This document shows, in pieces, positions 37,447 to 50,808 of a stretch of 64,000 bases of DNA (position 1 is the stretch's first letter; every line of letters begins with the position of its first letter). The stretch lies in NCBI GenBank assembly GCA_964106915.2, contig OZ066924.1. One strand, written 5' to 3'. Source of the stretch: Podarcis gaigeae. Its lineage: Eukaryota. Made by a program: the position numbers and the translations under genes. The notes under the pieces are model-generated. The model was not told the DNA's origin. It did no database searches and was given only the letters and a program-made list of their open reading frames with translations.

Positions 37447-40380
37447 GCTTTAATCTTCCGCTTTCGCCTTTATTCATAGAGAAGACTCTCCAAGCCTTTG
37501 CTATTGATGTTGGTCGCTTCTGTTGTATTTGTGTGGGTTCGCCAGAACTTTGAACAGCATTCCAAACATAGTTGCATCATAAAAGGTGGTAATGGTAATA
37601 AGTGTGGGGTGGATTAATTAAAAGATTCCAGTTTTATTCACAGTAAGCCTGCAGTCTTTCACATACTTGGGGCCAAGTCCCATTAAATACATTGGGATTT
37701 ATCTCCAAGAAATTAGTACAGTAATCTGATTTGGCTGTACAGTTGCAATCCTACACAGTGATTTTAGTGGAGCATACTGCCAAGTTAGCCAGCCAGTTAA
37801 GGTTGTCCCTGAATTTTGCTTTTGTTTACTGCTGCCATTTTAACTTTATGCCAGGTACTAAACCATACATCATTTCATTGTTTGGCTTTACCCAGAAACC
37901 TTTGAATAGTGTGCCAGCCTCTGCTGCTTTTTCCCATATGGAGAAAAGAATATGCCTTTCAATGTAGTAGAAAATCAAAATCTTACATAGTCAGTGTTTA
38001 ATATTTTCTCAGTGGTATCTTTATATAATAAGCTTCTTCCTGCAATAGCTGTTCTAGTACTGTTTTAGGCTTTGTATAAGATGTGATCAACACTTCTACT
38101 TTAAATTCTTTTTCTAGCTCTTATCATTTGAAATCTTTTGTTTTTTGACACCTGTCTTCAGATGTAGGCCTGATGGATCTCAATTTTCCCACCCCCCTTT
38201 AGCCTTTAAACATGTGGGTTAATTTAATGCTGATGAAAGTTGGAGCCTGAGAGCACGTTTTGTGAATGAAACATATTAACAGCAGGTTTTCAACAGATTT
38301 CCTCAAGCGTGTCTATCCATACAGTCAAGTTTTGATCCGAGTCACCTCAGCTTGTCTGGTCCTGTGTTTCACTTGGGCAGATGCTGCTGGTTGTAATTAA
38401 TCAGCTTGTAGTGAAACAGAAGCTAGGATTTGACTGATAATGTATAATTTGTAAATATCTAAGACGTAGACCCCTCAAATGCTTATTAGATCATAATTTT
38501 TATTTTTGGTAAACTGTCAAATGCTCCTCTTAGATATAGATAGTTATCCTTATTCAAATGCTGCCTGCATGTTTGTTTTGCAGTGTTTATAGACTGCTTT
38601 TCAAACAACGTTTCCTAAAGCAGTTTGCAAAAATGTACACAGATAACAATGACTATCCCGTATGTGCTTCTGTCTAACTATTATTGGGACTATGGTGGCT
38701 ACATTCAAATACTATGAGTACTCTGTGAACATGTAGGACAAAGTAGTAAGGTAAAGAGGTAAGGACAATGGCTCATTATTTTGGTTGCATGTTTATGGAG
38801 AGTGCACACCACATAAACGAGAACAAGAGAACCATTTCTCTCAGGTGATCTCAGTAGTAGTAATGTATTGAGTTTCCTTTCCATCTCACCTATTTTAGTG
38901 AACAATCAAGTTCTATGCTTATTTTAAGGAGCAATATTATATATCACTTTTGCCACAGTGCATTTAACTCTGTTTAGATTTGTGTTACACAGGAGGCTGG
39001 GGAAATAAAAATGAGTGATAGCTGCCAATGCCAGTCCCTGGCTAACCGGACATAAAACCCCATAGCTTATCAGCTATGAATATAGCAATAGTGGCTTTAA
39101 GTAGCATAACACCTGCTTTAAAATGTTTCCTGCCCTCCCCCCAGTTAGAAATAGTTGTTCAGTGCTTCAGGAGAAACTTTGGTAAACCTCTTTAGGAAGA
39201 TAATTCTATGGTTCTTCTGCAGGCTTTGTGTGTCATGTGGCCTAACCTATGCCCTTTAAGAGAGCTTTCTTATTTCAGTTGCGATGGAGGGCAGTCTGGT
39301 TGGCTTTTATACATGGAATGGGGGGAGGTGCCATTTTGTTCACTGCAGACAGCAAGATGTCTCTCAGCCCCCACCCACCCCACATTTCTGGCCACTGCCA
39401 TCACCATTTTCGCTCCATCTTGAACCACTCCAAAGTCAAAATCAGAGGATAGCATTAAAACCTCTATTTTTGTACCTGTCCATTTTTCCCCCTTTTGTCT
39501 CCTTTCCCTTATGTCTCATTACCTTACTGACGCTAATTACCTCAGTCTTGTCTGGGTTTTGCTTCAGGCTGCTTGCCAATATCAACTTCTGTACCATAGC
39601 CAGGCAGATATAATTAAACCATGTTGAAGAACTAGACCAACAAAAGTTTAATTGTACAAAGTTTGTGACAAAGAACATCTTGGATGCATTCCAATACACT
39701 ACCCTTTTTTCTAAATCTTGTACAGTTTTACATTGAATCTGCTGCCTACGATTTGAATTTTTTTTTAAAAAAGTTTTAATTTCACAAACTTTGCAATAAA
39801 CAACACGCTGGATGTATTGCAAGACACCATTCTGATTTCCTAGATCCTCTATGTGTTTACAAGATTGAATTAGCTGCTGTGGTTGCTGCTTTGACCTCAC
39901 ACATGTTGTTTCTGATTTCTGGCAGTAGACATGGCACTTTATCTCTCTCTCAACAGTGGGTGGGACAAGCAGCTCAGCAGGCAAGCTTCTCACCAAGTCC
40001 TAGAGTTCATCATTCCCGCCTTCATTCAGACACATCCATGAATCTGTCTCTTACCTCTGACACCGAGATTTCCTTTGTTTTTGAACAGTGGGCTCTCATC
40101 AAACCAATAGCCAAGCATCAAAAAAGAAGTTTTTCCTTCGCTGCTGCTAGCACATCTTACGCCCAGTTTTTCTTTTCTTTTTCCAGTGCTCTTACAACCT
40201 TATGCAGTATTCAAAACAGCAAACATAAAATAAAAATGGCAAAATGTACACAAGGAGGAGAGAGGGGGAAGCTCTTAGCTATGGAATTTCTCTTGCACAG
40301 CCACTTTCATATAATAACTGACAGTTACCATGTCGGGTAATAACAAATGCCAGAATCCATTTTAGGGCAATAGGCTGGAG

Positions 40381-40516
40381 CAGGCTTCCTCAAACTCGGC
40401 CCTCCAGATGTTTTGAGACTACAATTCCCATCTTCCCTGACCACTGGTCCTGATAGCTAGGGATCATGGGAACTGTAGGCCAAAAACATCTGGAAGGCCA
40501 AGTCTGAGGAAGCCTG
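40381..40516. mobile_element. hAT MITE (URR1/Charlie-like)
   Basis: TIRs CAGGCTTCCTCA / TGAGGAAGCCTG; palindromic body; degenerate TSD GGCTGGAG/GGTTAGAG. Confidence 0.88.
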
Positions 40517-40730
40517 GGTTAGAGTGTCAGACTAGAACCTAAGAGATCAGGGTTCAAATCCCCACTGGGCCATGAAGCTCACTGGGTGACCTTGGGCCAG
40601 TCACTGTCTTTTTTCAGGCTAACCTACCTCACAGGCTTGTTGTGAGGATTAAACCAGGAGGAGGAGAATCGTGTACACTACCTTGAGCTCTTTGGAGAAG
40701 AAGGTGGGTGTAAATGCAGTTTGTAAGTAA
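40517..40730 (+). mobile_element. MIR/CORE-like SINE interrupted at its 5' end by the MITE
   Basis: GGTTAGAGTG..GACTAG..CAGGGTTCAAATCCCC B-box; GGGTGACCTTGGGCCAGTCAC and CTACCTCACAGG.TTGTTGTGAGGAT core. Confidence 0.82.
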
Positions 40731-40744
40731 GTAAAAAAATTAAA

Positions 40745-40868
40745 AATACCTTCATTAAGCCATCACAACATAGCTTGTAGACTTTCACTTTCAATAGGGT
40801 GTAGGCTTTCAGTAACTCTGAAGCTTGCACACTGTTTTGTGATTCGGTTGGTCTAATAAAGATATTTA
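40745..40868. mobile_element. Possible decayed head-to-head Penelope terminal remnant
   Basis: GAAGCTTGCACACTGTTTTGTGATTCGGTTGGTCTAATAAAGATATT with a loosely complementary upstream half (AATACCTTCATTAAGCC..CACAACATAG..GTGTAGGCTTTC). Confidence 0.4.
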
Positions 40869-42909
40869 CACATAGTTCTTAAAAATCCAATATAACCTCT
40901 GTTTATTTTGTTGTTCAGCGTACTGTGGTTCCTCCAGCAATAAGCTATGTGAATGGAAAATGTCAGTAGGCTGGACGCCGAAAGCTTAGTAATGAAGGAC
41001 TGAAAGTTGTATCACTGGTTTAATATTTTGTGAGGTTTTTATGATAGAAGTGCATTTAGTGGTGAGTTCTAAGGCTTAAACATGCCTTGAGAACAGTTTT
41101 AAAGAGTGAATGTGTAAGCAGGAAATGAGCTACTTTAATTATAGAGCAATGGGGTGAAGATAGAGAATGTTTACACCTGGTAATTTTATTGCAAAATAAA
41201 GCTGCAACTGTTCCTCAGTTGTTGCGTGGGAACCTTCCCCTTCCCCCTTTTAAACAGGCTGCTGCCTCTCTGCTGCAACAATAAATTTATCCTAGAGCCC
41301 AAGAGCAGTTTTTCATGCTAGAAATCTGTTGGTTTGTTTGTTTTACTTTCCTCCCTCTCCTCTCCTTGACTTCACCTCCACAATCTACCCTGGAGATTCT
41401 TCTAACCCTCCAGAACACATTTGGTGAGGGTACAGGGCATGCAGAGGAAAGGAGGGGGGAAGTCCCATTTTGTGCTATTAAAATTGTTGTTGTTTCCCTG
41501 ATCCTGGTGTGCAGCACTCAAGCAACCCACAATTGGTTCGGTCAAGTTTAATATCAATCAAACAGAACACACTTGGGGACCAGGGAAGAAGGGAGACTTG
41601 TTCTTGTAATGCGTTGCCAAGTCATTACACCCTGACACATCCTCTAAAATGATCTGGTGAAAAAAGTAACCCTAACTGAGTAGAGAAATAAAAGAAAGCT
41701 AACCTGACAGTCTCCCCTTCCCCGATTAGTGGTGCTAGTCTATACTTACATTAACGTTTGAACATACAGGTGTCTCATGACTGCTCTCCCTGACTCTTCC
41801 CATTATACTAGCACTGTGTGTGTAATGAAGGAAAAAGTCAATAAGAACACGATGAAAAAATTTCCATCCATTGCATTGTGCGAATGTAATTTGCAATATT
41901 AAAATTTTCTACACTTTCAACATCCTTTCTACCTGGTACTTTTAGAGGCAGGATTATTTTTTTTAATGGCTGGAAAGCACAGAGAATGGAAATGTTCTTG
42001 CTGAGCAAACAATAAATGCAAGTACCTTCCTACTCCCCCAAAAAATCATGAATGCAGACTTGCTGCTTGAAAAGAATTATCATTATGGTGTTTAAATTAA
42101 CTTCTGTACCTAAAGGGGATTTAACCTAAAGGAGAGACTTGTTCCTTCCCCCAAAAAAACTCCCCATCTGTATATATGATATGCCTATGGAGCAAGTTCA
42201 CTGTAATAGCACATGCACTCAGACTTCCAGCTTCCCTCCTTCCCTCTTTCTGAATTTCCTCTGTTTCCATTATTTCATCTCTTTCCCCCAGCATATCTTG
42301 TCAAGCCATCTGTATGAGGCCACATAATTTCCTAACCATCCTGCATAGCTTTGGAGCAAAACATTACAGAGCTAAAAGGAAGCTGATGAATGCTTTAGTG
42401 TGAAAAGCCAAATAGCATAGGTTAGTCCTTGAACTAAACAGACTGAGTAACTCTAGTTAAGCCATGACTGTAAAAACAATACATAGTGGTATCCTTGTGC
42501 TTTGAATTCAGGACTTTTCTGTAGAAGTACAGAATTGTGCATTCTTTTTTTACCATAAACGTTCTCAGTATAAAGTCATCTAAATTTTATACTATATGTG
42601 GATTGAATCATCACAGAAAACACAGCCCAGGTGATTATTTTTTTCTTGAAGGAGGTGGTGGTAAATATTTTCCATTTTTTAGTCATGTGAAGGGTTAAAA
42701 AAAGGCTAAACATTCATACATTTTCAACAAAAACCTGGTTAAAATAGGGTGTGCATAAAGCAGCTATATTCATTGCACATACTAGTCTTCTCATGCTTGT
42801 TCAATTAACACATGGAGAGTAGTGTGAGGATACTTACTGTCCTTGGCTCCATCCTCTGCCCATGGGGTGAAACATAAGAAATGGAACGTGTGTAGACGAG
42901 GGCAACTGA

Positions 42910-43006
42910 GATAAGCAAGGGTCTGGAAACCAAGCCTTATGAGCAGTGGTTGATGGATGGGTATGTTTAGCTGGTAAAGAGGAGACTCTACAGTTCTGTG
43001 ATTCTA
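42910..43006 (+). mobile_element. Internally deleted CR1 fragment
   Basis: CAAGGGTCTGGAAACCAAGCCTTATGAG..GGTATGTTTAGC joined directly to the tail CTCTACAGTTCTGTGATTCTA. Confidence 0.7.
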
Positions 43007-43267
43007 TAATGTTCCATCAAGTGTGCAGAGGTTAGAGGACAGGGCTGGTTTGAACACGTGGAGGGATCCATGAAAAGAGGGCTTCTGTTGAATGGATGTG
43101 TTCAAACATGACTGTGGGGTTTACTCTTTACAGTGTGAAAAGGATTTGTATTTGATATTTTCTTCAAGTGTTCTTTCTATAATCCAATCACTTCCTACTC
43201 TCATTTCAATCTCTAAATTTCCTCCCTTAGCGAGTTCCACTAGCATTTAAAGTATCTATTTAATATC

Positions 43268-43270
<3 letters not shown>

Positions 43271-43326
<56 letters not shown>
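43271..43326. repeat. (CT)n microsatellite
   Basis: Directly visible. Confidence 0.95.
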
Positions 43327-43329
<3 letters not shown>

Positions 43330-46302
43330 TTGCTTTTGTATTAAGCCTTTGGGAAAGAGGTGCCTTTCTTGAAATCCTATGGAAATACGGTACTGATCTT
43401 ACCCGCGCAGACCACTGAATTCAGGTTGACTCCGAATGAAAAATAAGTTATCAGGTGTGCACTTCATGTAAAACCTGCACTAGGTCTCAAATCTGAATCT
43501 AAATCAAACCATTGCTGCGCGTTTATGTTACTACGTCTTTAAACCTTACTGTGGGAAGAAACATCTTGCAGCATTTGCTGTTTCCAAGTTTAATTGGTTT
43601 TATCTGTTTCTATCATCACCACCTTATCTCCACAGACAGTTGCACAGATAACATTTGGAGATGAGAATTCAAGTCCAGCCACACAATGTCACCTGACAAT
43701 TAAATGTTATTTGATAGTTCTGTCTGCATCTCAGGAGCTGCGGCATTTCCATCTCTGGTTGATAGTCTTTATAGCATCATAAAAGTGTTCTCAAGGGAAA
43801 TCTGGATTTGGATGACTTTCCGAATGGAAATAGGTAGAAAAATCCTGAGTAAAATGCAGGTCAGACTCCAGTAGCAAGTATAATAATTGGCTATTGGCTG
43901 ATGACTATGCAGTTCAGGTCTGAAAGAAGTTTGTTTATTTCATTGCATTGAATCTTATATCTTTCTGACATGGAAGGTTATATTTAATATTGTGGGAGGG
44001 ATATTAAATGTTTCAATATTGCTTTTCTTGTGGCTAATTAAATTTTCCATGGAAAGGCTATATAGAAAGGTACAGTGTGTTTGAAATCGTTGGCTGCTAC
44101 TATCTCAAGACATAGACCAAATTAATTGCATTTAGTCCTCCCTAAGTGATTTACTAGCTGATTAGGCAGTTCTTCTGTTTTCATGGATGTTTTGGCTTTT
44201 TTCCTAATGTAGCACTTGATTGAAGAAAAGCAAGGCATTATTCAAATCTGCGGAGAAAGAATTATGTGACATTTGACTCTCTCTGCTCCCCCCTCCATGT
44301 GTGTATAAGTGTAAGCTGCTGTATGCATTTTAGGATTGGCTTGTTTCAGAATTTCACCCAGTTCTGACAGTAGGTTTTCCTAAAGGTTTTTTTGTTTGTT
44401 TTAAAACGAAATGTGGAACCATCATACTGCATTCTGTTATGCTGTGTCCTTTAAAATTACACAAAGTTCAGTTGTGCTTTGTACATAGATTAAATTAGCC
44501 AATAAATTCTCATTTTTTGTTTTATGCAAATCTGGGCAGAAACAATAGGATGACAAATGGGATTGCTAAGTGAAGCAGTGATCAATACAGAGTGCTGTCC
44601 ATTTGGGTAATGGACATCTCTGTCATATTGGCTGCTAAAGGATTCCTCTGAGAGAGTGCCATACTACAAAGTATAAACTATAAAGAACTCTAAGTATAAG
44701 TTTCATAAATACAAAGCTCCAGAGGCCAGTTTTTCAGATGCTAGGTTTAAATGCTACCTCCAAATTTATTGATGGTTTCCACAAATGTCGCCAAAGGAAA
44801 AGAGCAAGGTTTAGGATCTTACCTTGCTAGCATTTCCTTCTCAAATCAAGGTTTTCTTTGCATGATAGCAGACTAATATATTTCCTAAGATATATTTCCT
44901 CACGTTGTGACCAGATTTTGTAGTATTTCACAATAAGTTATTACCAAGGCACATGGCTGCATTCAGATAATCCTCCAGTTTTTATTTGACTCTGTGTTAC
45001 AGTTCCCCCTACTTGCAGCAAACCACAGGTTGCTGTTACATTTGAACTGACATTAGAATGAAACCCTGATAAATTCTGTAAATCAAACGGTAGAAGTGAT
45101 TTGCCAAGTGACCAACCTTCTCTTTTAAAATTAGTAGCCAAAATGTTATTTATTACATACAAGTGCTTAGTTCTAGAATTATTGATTGGATGCAAAGCAT
45201 AATGTGACATTTTTAGAGTGCTACAGTTTTCTGAAGTGTGGTTTTCCAAAAATGTTTTCAGATTCCTTACATAAAGAAGTCAACCATTCATTGACACTAA
45301 ATTTATTTCATCAGTAGCCACCCACTGATTTCTGATACTCTCGTTTTCCCAACAATCCTTGTCTCATCACTTACTGCTTTCAGACAATTATCCAAGTTTC
45401 CTAATAAACTTCAAACTTATTACAGCTATCTCAAAACTACACACTGGAATCCCACATCATTCCATTATCCCCCCACAACCCTCTTCCAGTAATTTGAACA
45501 AAAGGAGGAAAAGCTGTGACTCAGGTGTGGTGAGTGGGGAGGGACACATCTGTCAGCAAGCATATTAGGTAAAGCTTCTTCCTGTGTAGTAAACAGAAGT
45601 TTTGATTTCAGAGGTAACAAAACAATGCCTTATAAATTAAAGCTCACACCATTGATATATTTAGGAGTGAATGTTTGAGGGCAGGACCTATTGTTTAACA
45701 TGTTTCAGCTTAAACATTGATGCATTTATTGGCTAAAAAAATAATTTGATGTTGTATACTACAATATTTAAAGTGTCTATGCTTGGTTATGTTTAGTAGA
45801 AATGCACAGATACATTTCACCATGCTCTTCTTGTTTGCAATTATAATGTGTGTGTGCATGCGTGCATGCTTGCACGTGTAATTGTACATTCTGGATAGTT
45901 TGAAGAGCAGGAATTTGGGGAAAAATACTTATCTCTGAAAGAAAGATTATTATTAATTTATTAAATTTGTACCTTTTGATTTTGAACTAAGTTATTTCCT
46001 TCCCTGTTCCCTTCAATGAATCTCCCCACCCACCCCATTCACCTTTATTCCACACTTTGTGTGCAGTATCTATTGTTATGTGAGCACTTTCATGTTACAT
46101 GGGATATATTTGAACTTTGGTGGTTGAACTGAGCTAAAAGAAAATCCTCACACAAGCACAGGGGGAGACCTTGTCAGTAGGGACACAGGGCTGATGCAGA
46201 CATAGATCAGCTCATACCTTAACTATAATTCAGAGATTAAGGACAGGTGGGGGAGCCTAAATTTGTACACAGTTCCTCTATTGGAAACTTAACTGTATTT
46301 AT

Positions 46303-46631
46303 GTACGGGTGGTGCTGTGGGTTAAACCACAGAGCCTAGGGCTTGCCAATCAGAAGGTCGGTGAGCTGCCATTGCTCGGTCCCTGCTCCTGCCAACCTAG
46401 CAGTTCAAAAGCACCTCAAAGTGCAAGTAGATAAATTGGTACTGCTCTAGCAGGAAGGTAAACGGCATTTCCGTGCGCTGCTCTGGTTCGCCAGAAGCGT
46501 CTTAGTCATGCTGGCCACATGACCCGGAAGCTGTACGCTGGCTCCCTCGGCCAGTAAAGCGAGATGAGCGCCGCAACCCCAGAGTCATCCATGACTGGAC
46601 CTCATGGTTAGAGGTCCTTTACCTTTACCTA
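46303..46631 (+). mobile_element. Sauria SINE (Squam1), B-box region deleted
   Basis: GGGTGGTGCTGTGGGTTAAACCACAGAGCCTAGGGCTTGCC head; GTGCAAGTAGATAAAT core; (ACCTTT)n tail. Confidence 0.92.
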
Positions 46632-48089
46632 TTCCTCCTTTTAACTTGTTAATGAAATGTCTAAAGCAATTAACCCAATACTTTTTTTAAAAAAATGACA
46701 ATATAACAATTTGAAAACAGAAAAACACAACAAGTTTTTAAAAAGTTATTGGGAGGAAAAACCAAACTGCATAAAGGGAGGTCAAAGGGTTGCTGAAACA
46801 AGAAAACAAGTACTGTATAACAAAAACAACTAAAGAGAGAGCATATTTCTGATGGTGATGGTAAACATTGAATGGCCTTTCCTGCTAAATGTAGCAGATG
46901 GAATTTGCCAGAGCAGTTCAGCTTTGAAGGTGATACCCGGCACTTTGACTTGATCCCAGAAATGTTCTAGCAGCCACAGCAGCTGGTATAAAAGAAGAGT
47001 TGTGCCAGCACCCTTTAAGGAGTTTTGCTGCTGTGTTTTGAACCAGCAGAAGTTCGTGAACAGTCTTCTAAGGCAGGCCTATGTACAGCATGTTACAGTC
47101 ATCCCATAAGTTTTGGTTTGTTAGTCTCATCTAGCCCATCACCAGTTTTGGACAGTGGTTCAGAATCCCCACTGCTTCTGCACGGAGTTAGATGTAAAGC
47201 GTAAGTAGATCTGCATATTGTCAGCATATTGACGACAGAAGATTCCAGGTGATTCCCTCTATTTGTTTCCTGTATATATTGAACAGCAAGATGGAATCCT
47301 GCTAGCAGCCCAGAAGGATACTGTGACAGACAGTATTGAAAGCTGCTATGACATCCAGCAGAACCAATTGGGGCACACTCTCTCTGTCTCATTCCTGGCA
47401 TAGCTAACCTGCCAAGGCAACCAATTCTATCTCAGCAATCTGAAACTAGACGAAAAAACAAATAAAAAAATGCACCCATGTTATCTATTTAATTCAGAAA
47501 AAAATAATAACTGGGTTTCTACATTCCATGCAACACTTTATGCAAAAATGGAGTGTTATAATCTGTCTGGAAATTATCCACTATGATGGTCCAGTAAGGA
47601 TTTTTACCACAGCTGCTTTAAAATGTGTTAGTATTTTCCCTTCTCTCAAGTAAACAGATATCACCACCCCCCACTTCCCACTCAGCTACTGACCTCTGTC
47701 TGCCTTCAGCAAGGGAGGGTCAAGGGTCAAGCACACAAGTGTTGACCTCATCCTCTAAGAATTCTGTTCACATTCTTAGGCTGTTCAAATGGAACGGTAT
47801 CCCTAGATACAAGTTAAAGTAACCTTAAGGCATATTTTGAATAACTGTATTTAATGCAGTATTCGAGTTGCAGTGGACTTGCCTTGCTATAGATAAGAAA
47901 TAGGCATTTATATTACTTTGTTTCGTTTAACAAAATTTATATAGCACTTCATGGTTTGCAACCCACCACCCCCAGCATTAAAATTATCAATAAAAGATGT
48001 TACTCTGTCCTGTAGCAGTATTGACCATGCTGCCTTATCAGGAGGAAGATAGAAAGACTGACTTATTGTGACTTTATATATTGGATCAG

Positions 48090-48200
48090 ATTAATGTTTG
48101 ATGTTTTTTTATTATTTATATATGTGTTGGAAGCTGCCCAGATTGGCTGAGGCAACCCATCCAGAAGGGCGGGGTGGGGTATAAATAATTTATTATTATA
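48090..48200 (+). mobile_element. L2 3' tail fragment
   Basis: GGAAGCTGCCCAGATTGGCTGAGGCAACCC..AGAAGGGCGGGG..TATAAATAA followed by (TTA)n. Confidence 0.7.
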
Positions 48201-48928
48201 AATTCCCAAAATTATTGAGACTTTTAAAAATATATAGGAAACCACTGAAATTGAGCTTTTTTGTTTACAAAAATGCCCAAAAAATTCCAGCAGTTTTTCA
48301 GTTGCTTTTTGAAATCCTCCCCGCCGGATGTCTGTTCCAAATTTGAAATCCTGGTAATGTCTGGGGAAATCCGATGTATGATTTATTTTTTATTTATTTT
48401 TATTTTTATTTTTAGGCATAGAATCCACTTACTTACCAGCTAGTCTGGCAGTAAGGTTTATTTATTTATTTTTGTAATCCAGACAGTGCATTTAGATTGA
48501 AAATAATGTATCTTCTGCCCAACATTTTATTCCATACTACTTCGTTTTATACACAGCTTTGAAATGCACCTTTTGTTCTTTTCATAGTACAAATTTATCT
48601 GCATATCGGTGTCTTCCCTTCTAAACTTGTAGAAAAGCTTTTCTGTTTCACATGAATGGAGTGAGATGCATTGGTAGATTACCAGTAGACTCTTTCTCAC
48701 ACAAACCCTATTGAAATGAATTGAGAACACAGAAAACCAGTGTCTGATGAATTCTATCCAAAATATGCAGTGGAAAATAAGTGGAAGGGGGAATAAAACA
48801 TGCATAACATGCATATACAGTGTGATCAAGAGAATGTATGTTGTTTTATGTTCCAGCATTTAATTTGACCACAACCTATTGTTCTTGATTTTTTCCTCCT
48901 TTAAAAAAAATAAATAATTCTTAGATTT

Positions 48929-49549
48929 ATCACAGAATTGTAGAGGTGGAAGAGACACTGAGGGTCATCTAGTCCAACCCTGTGCAATGCAGGAATCTCA
49001 GCTAAAGCATTAATGACAGATGGCCATCCAAACTCTGATTAAAAACCTCCAAGAAAGAAGAGCCCACCATTTTATGAGGGAGTCTGTTCCACGGTCATAC
49101 AGTTCTTACCATCTGAAAGTTCTTATTGTTTAGTTGGAATCTCCTTTCTTGTAACTTGAAGCCATTACTTCAGATCCTAACCTCCGGAACAGAAAAAAAC
49201 AACAATCCATCCTCCATGTGACAGCTCTCTTAATTTCAGGTTCTTGGGTTCAAGCCCCACAGTGGGCAAAAGATTCCTTCATTGCAAGGGGTTGGACTAG
49301 ACGATCCTTGCGGTCCCTTCTAACTCTATGATTCTATATCTCCTCTCAGTGTCCTCTGGACCAGGCTAAACATATCCAGGTCCCTCAACGGTTTCTCTTA
49401 AGTCTTTGTTTCCAGACCCTGGATCCATCTCAGTTGCCCTCCTCTACGCATATTCCAGCTTGTAAATATCCTCCTTCAATTGTGGTGCATAGAAATGGAC
49501 ACAGTACTCCAGCTGTGGTCTGACAGCTAGAATAGAATAGAGCAGTACT
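48929..49549 (-). mobile_element. CR1 LINE 3' fragment interrupted by a SINE
   Basis: CR1 tail at 48929-49226; continuation TCTCCTCTCAGT..CCAGGCTAAACATA..TTCCAGACCC..TGGACACAGTACTCCAGCTGTGGTCTGAC at 49337-49549. Confidence 0.88.
49227..49336 (+). mobile_element. tRNA-Lys-headed, CR1-tailed SINE, 5'-truncated
   Basis: CTCTTAATTTCAGG..GGGTTCAAGCCCCACAGTGGGCA plus ATTCC..CATTGCAAGGGGTTGGACTAGA tail. Confidence 0.8.
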
Positions 49550-49652
49550 TGCTTGGCAAAAGCTTTTCCAGTTCCATACATTTTCTAAGTCAAACTATAT
49601 AATTTCTTAAAATAATACTTCAAAATTGTTTTCGTAGGGGAGGGTGGTGATT

Positions 49653-50003
49653 TTAGGAACATAAGAAGCTACCATATATGAGATAATAACTTGAATTCAT
49701 CTAGCTTAGCATTTATTGTCTTGAGCAGGGATGAGGAACTGGCATGGGGAGCCTACGGCTCTCCAGATGTTGTTGAACTCCAACTCCCATCAGCCCATCC
49801 AGTATGGCCAATGGCCAAGTATGTTTTGAGTTGTAGTCCAATAACATTTAGAAGACCACACATTTTGCATCCCTGATCAACTCTGGTCAATAGTGGATCT
49901 GCAGGGTTTCAGACTGAAATAGTTCCCAACCCTACTTAAAAATTCCAGGGATTGAACCTGTGGTCTTTTGTATGCAAAAGCTTGAGGTCTATTGCTGAGC
50001 TAC
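49653..50003 (-). mobile_element. Squam3-like SINE split by a hAT MITE
   Basis: TAGGAACATAAGAAGCT tail; CCAGGGATTGAACCTG..TTGTATGCAAA..CTGAGCTAC head, both on the reverse strand. Confidence 0.72.
49726..49875. mobile_element. Palindromic hAT MITE
   Basis: CAGGGATG...CATCCCTG termini; CTCCAGATGTTGTTGAACTCCAACTCCCATCAG body. Confidence 0.8.
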
Positions 50004-50599
50004 TGAGTGATTTAAATAGAGCTTTGCTCTATATATACCATTTGTGTACTGTGCAAAGTGAGTTGAATGTAGAAATCTCAGATATTCCGCTTACATATCT
50101 GCATGTATACTGTACCTATTTCATTAAAACAGCTGGGCTGAGTAACATGCCGAGCTACTCATTTATAAGCCTTTGGATTTACTCTGCTACTGTTCCCTTC
50201 TAAATGCAGAATGTAATCTTTGCTAATTTGTTTTCATTGTTTCCTCTTAATGGGACTGACTGCATGTGATCAGCTATTACAGCTAGCTGTCGGATAGATA
50301 GTTGAATGCTAATGTTAAGGATATAGTTTGACCAGACAGTTCAGGTAGATATTATTAATCTTCAGAACTGCAGTTCCAATATTAATAAGGTTGTAGCTTA
50401 GGGGCAAACTGGACTTGACTTCTTGTGAGGTTTGGGTCTGACTGACTTAACTTAAATCTCAAATATAATATTTTATGAATTATACAAATTTAGTGTGTCC
50501 AATATAACTGTGGCAGATGGAAAGTACAGGTTTCTGTTTTAGTGAACAAATGAGATAAGAAAGAATGAGAGTGCAGCTCACGGTTATCTTTGTGTACAC

Positions 50600-50808
50600 A
50601 AAGCTTAGGCAGGTGACGTTTACCAGATCAGTCTATCTATCACAGAAGATATCTATTGGTAGATATTCATCTACCACAGTATTGTATGTTTTGAGTGGGA
50701 TGTGTCTTTCCAGGTCTCAGACACTGACAAGCCTTTCCACTGCTACCTTTTTTTAAAAAAAAAAATTGGTAATGTTGAAGATTGAGCCTGAGACCTTTAG
50801 TATGCAAT
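50600..50808 (-). mobile_element. Degraded Squam3-like SINE
   Basis: TCCAGGTCTCAGACA..GATTGAGCCTGAGACCTTTAGTATGCAA; weak similarity to 49653-50003. Confidence 0.5.

Noticed and set aside
38225-38280. CTGATGA...GAAA possible hammerhead
   Set aside because: Stem II cannot close next to GAAA and there is no valid stem I/III geometry.
39442-40340. Long ORFs of 184 and 153 aa (likewise 12389-12880, 19192-19431, 47099-47401)
   Set aside because: No recognisable domain or splice context; composition looks like translated non-coding DNA.
42380-42430. CTGATGA-ATGC-TTTA-GTGT-GAAA possible hammerhead
   Set aside because: Stem II is half G-U pairs and no A15.1-U16.1/NUH site with a stem I can be formed.
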